This document shows, one piece after another, positions 12,904 to 24,356 of a stretch of DNA of 64,000 bases (position 1 is its first letter; every line of letters starts with the position of its first letter). The notes below the pieces were generated by a model. The model searched no databases and had not been told where the DNA came from. It saw only the letters and a program-made list of their open reading frames with translations. The stretch covers positions 4,092,001-4,156,000 of the forward strand of contig CATNEN010000029.1 in the NCBI GenBank assembly GCA_950097015.1, read 5' to 3'. The translations under genes were made by a program, and so were the position numbers. This DNA comes from Macrostomum hystrix. Its lineage: Eukaryota > Animalia > Platyhelminthes.

Positions 12904-13440
12904 GTGTGGTTCAAAAATCGTCGAGCCAAGTGGCGCAAGCGCGAGCGCCACCTGGAGGCGCTGAAGGGCACCTTCACCGGCCAGTTCGGCAGCTTCATGC
13001 AGCCGTTCGAAGACTCCTTCTATTCGTCCTACGGCGCTGCCGCCGCCGCGGGCTACGGCGCCACCGGCTGGGCTGCCGCCAAGAGCTTCCCCTGGACGCC
13101 GGCGGGTCATCCGGCGGGTCATGGTGGCCCGGCAGCGCCCGCCTGCCCCTACGGCGGACCATCGCCATATTCGCCGCTCTACTCCCAGCCACCGGCCGCG
13201 GCGGCAGCGGTGGCGGCTGCGGCGGCCGTGGCCGGACCGTCGTCGTCTTCAATGGCCGCTGGCGAGTCGTCGCCCCTGGCCAACAGTCTGCGGCTGCGGG
13301 CGGCCGCCAAACAGCACGCAGTCGCCCACGCGGCGTTCGCCTATCCGGCCGCAGCCGCAGCCGCCGGCTTGTCGAGGCAGCCGCAGCCGCCGCCGTCCAC
13401 AGCGGCGCTCAGTCAGTACACCGGAGCTCCGGCAATGTGA
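12904..13440 (+). CDS. Pitx: Pitx exon 3, recognition helix with K50 and C-terminal OAR-like motif
   Basis: cccgcag|GTG TGG TTC; VWFKNRRAKWRKRER (Lys50, Pitx signature), FSYSSY..WAAAKSFPW and LANSLRLRAAAKQH; stop TGA ending at 13440. Confidence 0.96.
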   Translation: MWFKNRRAKWRKRERHLEALKGTFTGQFGSFMQPFEDSFYSSYGAAAAAGYGATGWAAAKSFPWTPAGHPAGHGGPAAPACPYGGPSPYSPLYSQPPAAAAAVAAAAAVAGPSSSSMAAGESSPLANSLRLRAAAKQHAVAHAAFAYPAAAAAAGLSRQPQPPPSTAALSQYTGAPAM

Positions 13441-13759
13441 AGCCCGGGCGCTGTTGCTGATTTGAGTGTGTACTTTTATTTTGTGAACTTTCCTCGTGAA
13501 TTGTAATTGTTTTGTCTCATTCTGAAAGTACTTTTCATGCTTTGCATTGCGATCGACACCCCACTTATCGCGTGTTTAGCAGTAGCTTTTTAGCATTAAT
13601 GCAACTTTATATCTAGTCAGCTGCATGCATGGCTCAGAATGATGCCTAGCTATGAACATGGCTGTACATTGTACATGCACTCTGTACTTCTGGGACATAC
13701 TTGATCTATCTAAGACAAAATAGCCGTATGAATATTATGGAGGACAGACTTAATATATC

Positions 13760-14852
13760 TATGACTAAATGACGGTATGACCATATAGAGGACAGACTGT
13801 TCATCCATCTATGACCATATGACCGTATGACCATATAGAGGACAGACTGTTCATCCATCTATGACCATATGACCTTATGACCATATAGAGGACAGACTGT
13901 TCATCCATCTATGACCATATAGAGGACAGACTGTTCATCCATCTATGACCATATAGAGGACAGACTGTTCATCCATCTATGACCATATAGAGGACAGACT
14001 GTTCATCCATCTATGACCATATAGAGGACAGACTGTTCATCCATCTATGACCATATAGAGGACAGACTGTTCATCCATCTATGACCATATGACCGTATGA
14101 CCATATAGAGGACAGACTGTTCATCCATCTATGACCATATAGAGGACAGACTGCTCATCCATCTATGACCATATAGAGGACAGACTGCTCATCCATCTAT
14201 GACCATATAGAGGACAGACTGCTCATCCATCTATGACCATATAGAGGACAGACTGCTCATCCATCTATGACCATATAGAGGACAGACTGCTCATCCATCT
14301 ATGACCATATAGAGGACAGACTGCTCATCCATCTATGACCATATAGAGGACAGACTGCTCATCCATCTATGACCATATAGAGGACAGACTGCTCATCCAT
14401 CTATGACCATATAGAGGACAGACTGCTCATCCATCTATGACCATATAGAGGACAGACTGCTCATCCATCTATGACCATATAGAGGACAGACTGCTCATCC
14501 ATCTATGACCATATAGAGGACAGACTGCTCATCCATCTATGACCATATAGAGGACAGACTGCTCATCCATCTATGACCATATAGAGGACAGACTGCTCAT
14601 CCATCTATGACCATATAGAGGACAGACTGCTCATCCATCTATGACCATATAGAGGACAGACTGCTCATCCATCTATGACCATATAGAGGACAGACTGCTC
14701 ATCCATCTATGACCATATAGAGGACAGTCTGCTCATCCATCTATGACCATATAGAGGACAGACTGCTCATCCATCTATGACCATATAGAGGACAGACTGC
14801 TCATCCATCTATGACCATATAGAGGACAGACTGCTCATCCATCTATGACCAT
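13760..14852. repeat. 34-bp minisatellite ATGACCATATAGAGGACAGACTG(T/C)TCATCCATCT
   Basis: Direct reading; T-type units 5-prime and C-type units 3-prime. Confidence 0.96.
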
Positions 14853-15397
14853 GTTACAAAGTCGACAGGCATTAAATCTAGTTTTCCTGTACATGCGTTG
14901 CACCAAAAAATTCGATGCAATGACAATACAGAATTTGTTCTGTTTGCGCAACCTGTAAAAAATATTTAAAGCAGTTTTATCAAACAGTTTAGTTTTTTTA
15001 CATATTCTCAAAGTGAAAAACCTCAAACCAATTTAACAAAGATTGTTTACAATGTACCTATTTGTGCAATTTGCAACTAACCCAACCCATGTATAATTGT
15101 CAAAAATTGTAGTCAAAATTGACAGCTTTATGCGCGCACAAATATACATATATATAATTAACATTGAGCTGCGAAATGAAATAAAATATAAATCAAATCG
15201 ACATTTTACAGTTTTTTAATCACGAACGCTAAGCATGTGTACATATACACTGTATATTTATATGATTTAATGAAAGTGAAATAAGTCAATTCACCAAGTC
15301 AATCGTCACCTTCATTATCTGAATAACAAGCGAATTATTTATTTAACGAGATTATAACTGCAACAAGAACTTCAAACAGATAGTGGAACAACGGTTG

Positions 15398-16395
15398 AAA
15401 AATCTCAACACTGTTTTTCAAAGTCAGTCTCAAAATCTCAAGACTGTTTTCAAAGTCAGTGTCAAAATCTCAACACTGTTTTCAAAGTCACTGTCAAAAT
15501 CTCAACACTGTTTTTCAAAGTCAGTCTCAAAATCTCAACACTGTTTTCAAAGTCAGTCTCAAAATCTCAACACTGTTTTCAAAGTCAGTCTCAAAATCTC
15601 AACACTGTTTTCAAAGTCAGTGTCAAAATCTCAACACTGTTTTCAAAGTCACTGTCAAAATCTCAACACTGTTTTCAAAGTCAGTGTCAAAATCTCAACA
15701 CTGTTTTCAAAGTCAGTGTCAAAATCTCAACACTGTTTTCAAAGTCACTGTCAAAATCTCAACACTGTTTTCAAAGTCAGTCTCAAAATCTCAACACTGT
15801 TTTCAAAGTCAGTGTCAAAATCTCAACACTGTTTTCAAAGTCAGTGTCAAAATCTCAACACTGTTTTCAAAGTCACTGTCAAAATCTCAACACTGTTTTC
15901 AAAGTCAGTCTCAAAATCTCAACACTGTTTTCAAAGTCAGTGTCAAAATCTCAACACTGTTTTCAAAGTCAGTCTCAAAATCTCAACACTGTTTTCAAAG
16001 TCACTGTCAAAATCTCAACACTGTTTTCAAAGTCACTGTCAAAATCTCAACACTGTTTTCAAAGTCAGTGTCAAAATCTCAACACTGTTTTCAAAGTCAC
16101 TGTCAAAATCTCAACACTGTTTTCAAAGTCACTGTCAAAATCTCAACACTGTTTTCAAAGTCACTGTCAAAATCTCAACACTGTTTTCAAAGTCAGTGTC
16201 AAAATCTCAACACTGTTTTCAAAGTCACTGTCAAAATCTCAACACTGTTTTCAAAGTCAGTGTCAAAATCTCAACACTGTTTTCAAAGTCAGTGTCAAAA
16301 TCTCAACACTGTTTTCAAAGTCAGTCTCAAAATCTCAACACTGTTTTCATTGGCAGTCTTAAAATCTCAACACTGTTTTCATAGGCAGTCTTAAA
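15398..16395. repeat. 32-bp minisatellite AAAATCTCAACACTGTTTTCAAAGTCAGTGTC
   Basis: Direct reading; all three + frames are open. Confidence 0.96.
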
Positions 16396-17054
16396 ACCTT
16401 TTAAACAAAGTTTCTAAACTTCAAAACAATTTTGAAGACAGCCGCAAAGCCTTAATCTTGCTTTTGAATTCTGCAAAAAAACTGCGAAAAAAAGAAGTGA
16501 AATGATTTTAAGATAGAGACGCAATGATGTTCCAAAACAATGGTGCTAACAATTTTCCAAAGAAGCATATATAAAAAATATAATCGAACAAAAAAGCACC
16601 GAGTGTTAAAGAGAAAGTAGCATAAGGATTATTTTGCAGACAAGCGAAGGATGTTTTAGACGAAGGAAAAATATCTAGTCATGTCCGTAACACCCTACTG
16701 CCATGTAGAGAGTAAGTATTAGCTGTCGAACACGAAAAAGATGTTATAATTATAATTAAGGCGCGCATGAACATCAAATTAGGAAAGACCAGACCCCACT
16801 TTTCAATTCAGAAGAAAAAGAATTAGAGAACTTAGTATTAAGGCTTCTAGATGGTTGATTGTTTAGATTACGCGACGAACAAGGCGTATATAGCAGCTGC
16901 TTGAATCTCAAAGATAAGCTTGCGTATAGGTGTAGAAGATATAGGCGCATTTTTTGCGAGGTGATTGTCTTCTATAACAATAGCAGTAGTTGTGAGCATC
17001 TACGGGCTTGCTTTAGGAATCGGGAGAATTAGAAATCAGAAATGAGATAAAACC

Positions 17055-18177
17055 TTCAGGGATGGGATAAAATCCCTTCTTCAGGGATGGGATAAAATCC
17101 CTTCTTCAGGGATGGGAAAGAATCTTCAGAGATGGGATTGATTTTTTATGGATGGGGTGAAATCATATCTTTAGGGGCGGGATAAAATCTTTAGGAATGG
17201 GATAGAATCTTCAGGGATGGGATAGAATCTTCAGGAATGCGATAGAATCTTCAGGGATGGGATAGAATCTTCAGGGTGGGATAGAATCTTCAGGGATTGG
17301 ATAGAATCTTCAGGGATGGGATAGAATCTTCAGGGTGGGATAGAATCTTCAGGGATGGAATAGAATCTTCAGGGTGGGATAGAATCTTCAGGGATTGGAT
17401 AGAATCTTCAGGGATGGGATAGAATCTTCAGGGTGGGATAGAATCTTCAGGGATAGGATAGAATCTTCAGGGATGGGATAGAATCTTCAGGGTGGGATAG
17501 AATCTTCAGGGTGGGATAGAATCTTCAGGGGTGGGATAAAATCTTCTGGGAAGGGATAGAATCTTCAGGAATATGATAGATACTTTAAGTAAGGAACAGA
17601 ATCTTCAGGAATGCGATAAAATCTTCAGGAATGCGATAAAATCTTCAGGGATTGGATAGAATCTTCAGGGATGGGATAGAATCTTCAGGGTGGGATAGAA
17701 TCTTCAGGGATTGGATAGAATCTTCAGGGATGGGATAGAATCTTCAGGGTGGGATAGAATCTTCAGGGGTGGGATAAAATCTTCTGGGAAGGGATAGAAT
17801 CTTCAGGAATATGATAGATACTTTAAGTAAGGAATAGAATCTTCAGGAATGCGATAAAATCTTCAGGAATGGGATAGAATCTTCAGAGATGGGATAGAAT
17901 CTTCAGAGATGGGATGAAATCATATCTTGGGATAAAATCTTCAGAGATGGGATGAAATCATATCTTGGGATAAAATCTTCAGGGATGGGATGAAATCATA
18001 TCTTGGGATAAAATCTTCAGAGATGGGATAGAATCTTCAGGGATGGGATGAAATCATATCTTGGGATAAAATCTTCAGGGATGGGATGAAATCATATCTT
18101 GGGATAAAATCTTCAGGGATGGGATGAAATCATATCTTGGGATAAAATCTTCAGGGATGGGATGGAATCTTCAGGGA
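17055..18177. repeat. 19-20-bp minisatellite GGGATAGAATCTTCAGGGAT
   Basis: Direct reading; lies downstream of the UBE2O stop. Confidence 0.94.
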
Positions 18178-18309
18178 AAAAACTTGATCTTCACGTTAAG
18201 TATGTCATTCATTTGTGAAAATTTTTTAGGTCTAAACTTCAGAAAAAATATAAATTTCCTAGAAAAGCTTTCACAACATGTCGTACACATAGCGAGCCTA
18301 CAGTTGTAA

Positions 18310-18678
18310 CTATCTTTCTCGCTTCCTATCCAACCGGTCCGCAATATCGTTCAAACGTTTCACAGCCGCTGCTAGGGATAATTTCGCGCCGGCGGACAGC
18401 GGCAGCAGTGGAAAGCCAGGACGGCCGCAGTCGGCCAGCCACTCCGAGAGCTGATTGGCGTAGCTTCTCAGCCGGGTCTCGGCGTACTGGCCAACCTCAG
18501 CGGCGAAAGTGTCCGGCGGAGAGGAGACCAGATTGGCCATAGACTGGGCGGTGCGAACCACGGCCAGCTCGTTGTACTCGCGACTCTTCACCGCAGCGGC
18601 CTGTGTGCCTTTCTCGTAGCCCGGCTCGTTGAATAGCGGCTCCTCCACTAGGATTAGGCCCTGCACGGATACTAGCAC
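18310..18678 (-). CDS. UBE2O: UBE2O exon 10 (end of UBC domain, C-terminal FPLLPLS motif)
   Basis: aacgcag|GTG; VLVSVQGLILVEEPLFNEPGYE..SREYNE..PGFPLLPLSAG typical of UBE2O; stop TAG at 18310-18312. Confidence 0.96.
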   Translation of the reverse strand: MLVSVQGLILVEEPLFNEPGYEKGTQAAAVKSREYNELAVVRTAQSMANLVSSPPDTFAAEVGQYAETRLRSYANQLSEWLADCGRPGFPLLPLSAGAKLSLAAAVKRLNDIADRLDRKRER

Positions 18679-18749
18679 CTGCGTTGGCGGGTCCAGGTGG
18701 TTAGGGATGAAGATACAGCCGTTGATGAACCTTGGGGACCAGGCATCTT

Positions 18750-19272
18750 AATGGCCTAATCCTTTGGATCTAGGATGTCAATGGCCTAATCCTTTGGATC
18801 TAGGATGTCAATGGCCTAATCCTTTGGATTTGGGATGTCAATGGCCTAATCCTTTGGATTTGGGATGTCAATGGCCTAATCCTCTGGATTTGGGATGTCA
18901 ATGGCCTAATCCTTTGGATTTGGGATGTCAATGGCCTAATCCTTTGGATTTGGGATGTCAATGGCCTAATCCTTTGGATTTGGGATGTCAATGGCCTAAT
19001 CCTTTGGATTTGGGATGTCAATGGGCTAACTCGGGATTGTTTACGTAAATGGCCAATCCTGGGGATTTGGGATCTTAATGGCTGACCCAGCGGATTTGGG
19101 ATCTAAATGGCCAATCCTGGGATTGGGGATCTAAATCGCCCATCCTGGGGATTAGGGATCTTAATGGCTAATCCTGTGGATTTGGGATCTTAATTGCCAA
19201 TCCTAGGATTTGGGATCTAAATGGCCAATCCTGGGGATTATGGATTTTAATGGCCAATCCTGGGGATTAGGG
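18750..19272. repeat. 30-bp minisatellite AATGGCCTAATCCTTTGGATTTGGGATGTC in UBE2O intron 9
   Basis: Direct reading. Confidence 0.93.
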
Positions 19273-19333
19273 ACGTAAGTGAGCCAAAAAAGGGATCAAG
19301 GGCCCAAACCGCTAGCATTTTGAGTAATCTCAC

Positions 19334-19870
19334 CTGTAACAGATTGGACTCGCCAGGCGCCCACCTCTCTGTGCCCTGACCGTCCCAGGTGCCTAGCAGT
19401 GAGACGCACACCTTGCCGCACTCGTACAGATTCGGATTCAGCCGGCCGGAGCACATTGACCGGTAGAGCAGGCGTGGCGGCTGGGCCGGATAGGCGGGCG
19501 GCAGATGCAGATCGAACAGGAACAGTGCGCCAGAGTATGGCGTACCTGCTGGGCCTTCAACCAGCACGGCCATGAGGTCCATGCGATCCTCGTAGGCTTT
19601 GACGGTGACGCCGAGCGGCAAATGATCGCCTAGGAGGGCCAGCTCGCGCCGCCAGGCTGTCACGAAAGGCTTGGGCGGCAGGCCGGTGCCAGTAGAGAAG
19701 GCCGACTCTGTATAGTGCAAGTGCGTTGCCGGGGCGCTCTCCACCAATAGGAAGATGCCGCCGCCTTCGACTGCCGCAGCGGAGGCGCCTTTCGGCTTAT
19801 CGACAACAGATGCCGGAGCTGTTGAAGAGGCCGGCAGCGACGAGGAAACCGGGCAATCTGATGATGAGGC
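19334..19870 (-). CDS. UBE2O: UBE2O exon 9, UBC catalytic domain
   Basis: RELALLGDHLPLGVTVKAYEDRMDLMAVLVEGPAGTPY..FLFDLHLPPAYP..GRLNPNLYECGKVCVSLLGTW with the catalytic Cys in KVCVSLL; CAG|gtgaga donor. Confidence 0.96.
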
Positions 19871-20049
19871 CTTTTGGTGACATTAATGAAGGTTTGATCA
19901 GGATAATGGCATTCGATTTGAGGATAAATTCCTATATGACTTGAGGATAAATTCATACGATTTGAGGATAATTTCATATACCATTTGAGGATTTAAAAAC
20001 CATTCCTTGTCGGACTGCAATTTAGAGAATTCTAATTAAATAGACAAAC

Positions 20050-20235
20050 CTGGCCGGCAGTATCCGGTCCGCCAGTTGACGGCAGTGTCACCTCGGCGAT
20101 GCTAACCTGCATCACCCGACAGATGGTGCAGCGAAAGAACTCCAAATTATGCCGGGTATTGTCGCCAAGATGGTTGCCAAGGCGCAGTCTAACCTGGCCG
20201 TAGAGTAGTTGCATCATCTCCTGCATCGCGTTGAA
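20050..20235 (-). CDS. UBE2O: UBE2O exon 8
   Basis: ccgcag|TTC AAC; FNAMQEMMQLLYGQ..EFFRCTICRVMQV; CAG|gtttgt; phase 0/0. Confidence 0.72.
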
Positions 20236-20411
20236 CTGCGGCGGAGATTAAAAATGATTGCTTCATATTATATTTCATAACTGCCAATATGCTATAACTA
20301 CCATTTCAGTAGTCAAAGGAGCACAGATAATCATAATGAAATGTATATTATAAGTTTAATAGTAACTTTCTACTACTACCACTTTTAGTAGCGTGGTTAG
20401 AAGGAGAGCAT

Positions 20412-20700
20412 CATTGATTGATGCCTAAAATGGCCCAGATGTGCAGCCGACAGCACAGCCGCAGCTATTGCGCGGCAAATCTGAGGGCTGCGAACGGCTG
20501 TTCAGTCCATGGACTGGGGGAACGCCACTCCCACCCTCAATTACCCTAGCTGATGCTGGTACCCATTTAACAGCTGGGTGAACTGAAGCAATGCAGAGTT
20601 AAGTGTCTTGCTAAAGGACAAAAATTGTTTCAGTAGAGCCGGGAATCGAACCCCGACCTTTAATCCGTGATTCCTACGCTCTAATCACTAGGCTACAACC
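20412..20700 (-). mobile_element. SINE family A copy
   Basis: Reverse complement closely matches 25490-25790, including a ~70-nt identical core; tRNA-like head ends at 20700. Confidence 0.85.
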
Positions 20701-22037
20701 TCCTCAAACCTCCTCATCCTGCACTTAGTTTTCTAGGAGTTTTCTAGTTTTTGTTTTCTAGGAGAAAACAAAAAAGAACAGTAGTCAACGTCCTAAAACT
20801 ATCGATCTTATGATTACTTTCCAGTCTGAGTTTGCTAAAAGACACAAACACCCACCGGAGCACTTACACTTTTATACCTGAATGCCTGAGGACTTGTAAG
20901 ATTAGAGTCAAGCATAAGAAAGATAATTTTGTGAAGACTAGTCTAAAAAAGAAAAAAATACTTAAAAACAAAGGGCTTAGATAACTGCGCTATGTGATCA
21001 GTCATATATTGCTACTCTTAAAAGGCAAATCTATCTGATAGTCTCAAGTGGTGGTGATTTTGAGTAGGACTTAAAGAGGATTGTCTTCTAAGTGAGACAG
21101 AAGGAGATGGTTACCCTTGCAGAATTAAAAATAGCAATTGTCCAGTTAACTTTTTCCAGTACCAGTTATCTTTTAAGTGCAATGATTTAAGAGTAAAAGT
21201 CAAATTGGGATCCACAATGAAGCTAGGTGCAGCAAAACACCAGGTTTACACTTTTAACTCCATATTGATTGACACGCTGTCAACTAAAGTGCAAAGAAAA
21301 TATCTCTGTTGCCCATCGCGTGTAAAATTATAGATCTGAACGAATTTAAGCCGTCCGTCGCGCTAAACATTTTATTGAATGCTAACTATAACTGGGCTTG
21401 AAGAATGCATTGATTTTTCTTTCCCCTAAGAAAGAGTCGGGGCATCGATTTTCAGAGGAGCCGCCATAAGAAAAGCGAAGGAAAGACTTTTGACTTCGCT
21501 TTTCCGCTGCTTCGTTCTAGTGCAATCTATTATCTTCTAGGAGGAGCTGACAAAAAAGAAGAATACAGTCCTGTAGCTTCGATTTCTTTTGTGCCGCAGC
21601 AAGCCGGGATGAAACCATCCGACATACGAGACCAGCATTGACTGGATAGCAGCCGTCGCAATATTAGTAGCTTAATTATGGAAAAGTCACATAACGGATA
21701 ACAAGAGTATAAATCGATGGTAAACTGCAGAGGCATCCGAGCATTTTCCAATCAATAATTTCGATCCTCTTATTACTAAAGATTAATTTCATTTTCATTC
21801 CGACTAACGTTTTAATTCAGTGGTGGCGTTTAGTTTATTTCAATGCAGAAGGTCAAAATTACTGGACATTTTAAACGTCACTCCTCATTCCTCAACCAGG
21901 TGTGACCAGTTTAAGCTGCAAAGGCCAACAAGATGTTCCCTTTCCAGTTCAAGAAAGAAACTAATTATCTGAAAAGCAAGCTGAAACGTTTCCCCACGAG
22001 TTAGTCTGCATCAAACGCGGTAATAAGGGAAGGCTAA

Positions 22038-22267
22038 TGACGTCAGAGACACAAAAGAGTCAATATCTCTTACATAAGATCATAGAGCAAGGCTAGTGAA
22101 TAGAACTTTCAGAGAAAAATGCGTTCCACCAAGCATGCCTGATGGGATTGGATGGGCGAAAACCAATGGACCACTGACTAAGAAGACGCCCATCCCGAAT
22201 TGGAAACGCCCGCATACGAGTCCTGACTAGAGCTCCAATCGCGTCTTGCTATGTGAAGAATAAATAG
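22038..22267 (+). promoter_or_regulatory. Probable promoter of the neuropeptide gene (CRE, CCAAT, TATA-like)
   Basis: Perfect CRE TGACGTCA at 22038-22045, CCAAT boxes near 22163 and 22235, and AATAAATAG near 22259, 170-400 nt upstream of the ATG. Confidence 0.45.
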
Positions 22268-22435
22268 AGGCTGAAAGTCGACGCGACAAAGGCCCCACTG
22301 AAGCGGCGACATTATTCTCTTTTCGGCCTACATTGCTTTGGCACAGCAAAACAGGCGCACGGCGGTAAAAGCTAAGTCTTTGCCAACAGCGTATCAGGAT
22401 TAGAGAAATACCTACAACTATTCTGTGCGTGAGTT

Positions 22436-23263
22436 ATGAAACACCTAAACAGGCGCACTAACTACGTTACGCTGCTAGTGGCTTTGGTCCTTGCTTCGAC
22501 CACCACTGCGTTGCCATCGGAGGAGCACAAACTGGGACGGCAAGAGAATCGAGAGTCGGAGAAAGAAAGTGATGGACTTTCAGAGCTGGAGGTGCGCTAT
22601 CTGATGCAGGCGTTGGGAAGCATTGATAGCCCAACAGTGAACGGTCGTGATATTAACTACGACAAGGAAGACGGCGATGATGACCTAGAAGTGGACGCTG
22701 ACGATCTCAAGACTAACGAAGACAAGCGGGCTTTCCATGCTCTTCGTGGCAAGAAGTTTACTCCGCTTCGTGGCAAGAAGTTTACTCCGCTTCGTGGCAA
22801 GAAGTTTACTCCACTCCGTGGCAAGAGGTTCAGCCCGCTTCGTGGCAAGAGGTTCAGCCCGCTTCGTGGCAAGAGGTTCAGCCCGCTTCGTGGCAAGAGG
22901 TTCAGCCCGCTTCGTGGCAAGAGGTTCAGCCCGCTTCGTGGCAAGAGGTTCAGCCCGCTTCGTGGCAAGAGGTTCAGCCCGCTTCGTGGCAAGAGGTTCA
23001 GCCCGCTTCGTGGCAAGAGGTTCAGCCCGCTTCGTGGCAAGAGGTTCAGCCCGCTTCGTGGCAAGAGGTTCAGCCCGCTTCGTGGCAAGAGGTTCAGCCC
23101 GCTCCGTGGAAAGAGGTTCAGCCCGCTCCGTGGAAAGAGGTTCAGCCCGCTCCGTGGAAAGAGGTTCATCCCGCTCCGTGGAAAGAAATTTAACTCTAGC
23201 CCGGTCAGTGACGATGAGTTTACACAGCTCTTTGGCAAGAGGTTCAATCCACTCAGCGATTAA
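22436..23263 (+). CDS. Secreted neuropeptide prohormone (FSPLRamide/FTPLRamide repeats), intronless, nested antisense in UBE2O intron 7
   Basis: Basic N-terminus plus hydrophobic signal peptide (VTLLVALVLASTTTA-LP), acidic spacer, then KR. 19 amidated short peptides each followed by G-K-K/R: AFHALR, 3x FTPLR, 14x FSPLR, FIPLR. Then FNSSPVSDDEFTQLF-GKR and FNPLSD. Repeat variation includes synonymous third-position changes. Confidence 0.93.
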   Translation: MKHLNRRTNYVTLLVALVLASTTTALPSEEHKLGRQENRESEKESDGLSELEVRYLMQALGSIDSPTVNGRDINYDKEDGDDDLEVDADDLKTNEDKRAFHALRGKKFTPLRGKKFTPLRGKKFTPLRGKRFSPLRGKRFSPLRGKRFSPLRGKRFSPLRGKRFSPLRGKRFSPLRGKRFSPLRGKRFSPLRGKRFSPLRGKRFSPLRGKRFSPLRGKRFSPLRGKRFSPLRGKRFSPLRGKRFIPLRGKKFNSSPVSDDEFTQLFGKRFNPLSD

Positions 23264-23876
23264 ACCCGCTCTCTGATTAAGGCAACACTGAAAGAATCGG
23301 AAGTATGAAGGCATGCGAGGCCTTTCTTGTTCGTAAATGTTAAACCGTTTGTAAGCAGTTTATAAGAGACAGACAGTTGACAAGCAAAGGTGTTCTTAAC
23401 AACTTGAATATTCCCTCCCACGAGCATAACACATTTTAACTCTATACCTCTTTTATCTCACACCGTCGCGAAAAAATAATTTTCTCCATCAGAAGAGAAA
23501 TCTAAGCAAGCAATTCGCACCAGGCAAATAATGCAATATAAAAACTTAAGCATACGCGCCCAGATCATTTTGTTGCGTATGCGATTTATTGAGGTTTTCT
23601 TGTCTAAATATATTGAGAAAAACTATATCACTGACAGGATTCTCAGCAAATGAAAGCCTTTATTTTATGAAGTAACCGAACTAATCGCATTAAGAATTAT
23701 TAGATTTAACACTAGGTTAGGTCGAATTTTACATCACCCAATTTAATGCTGAAGTCAACAGGCCTTCAATCGATTCTTGCGATTGTTTATTGGATTTGTT
23801 TCTCTGCTCTCAAAGTAGCGAACTAGTCTACGCTTGTAGAAAGGGGCAACATCGTGTGGCTGGGTACGCTTAATAA

Positions 23877-24356
23877 GCAGCACAAGAGCGTACTGGCAGA
23901 CGCGCGCACTGGCAGAGGCGCGCACCGGCACAAAAGCGCAGCAGCACAAGAGCGCACTGGCAGAGGCGCGCACCGGCACAAAAGCGCAGCAGCACAAGAG
24001 CGCACTGGCAGAGGCGCGCACCGGCACAAAAGCGCAGCAGCACAAGAGCGCACTGGCAGAGGCGCGCACCGGCACAAAAGCGCAGCAGCACAGGCGCGCA
24101 CTAGCAGAGGCGCGCACCGGCACAAAAGCGCAGCAGCACAAGAGCGCACTGGCAGAGGCGCGCACCGGCACAAAAGCGCAGCAGCACAAGAGCGCACTGG
24201 CAGAGGCGCGCACCGGCACAAAAGCGCAGCAGCACAAGAGCGCACTGGCAGAGGCGCGCACCGGCACAAAAGCGCAGCAGCACAAGAGCGCACTGGCAGA
24301 GGCGCGCACCGGCACAAAAGCGCAGCAGCACAAGAGCGCACTGGCAGAGGCGCGCT
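23877..24356. repeat. 48-bp GC-rich minisatellite CACAAGAGCGCACTGGCAGAGGCGCGCACCGGCACAAAAGCGCAGCAG (~10 copies)
   Basis: Direct reading; ~600 nt downstream of the neuropeptide stop. Confidence 0.95.

Noticed and set aside
15383-16394. Three overlapping 170-330-aa ORFs
   Set aside because: 32-bp unit read in all frames; non-coding array.
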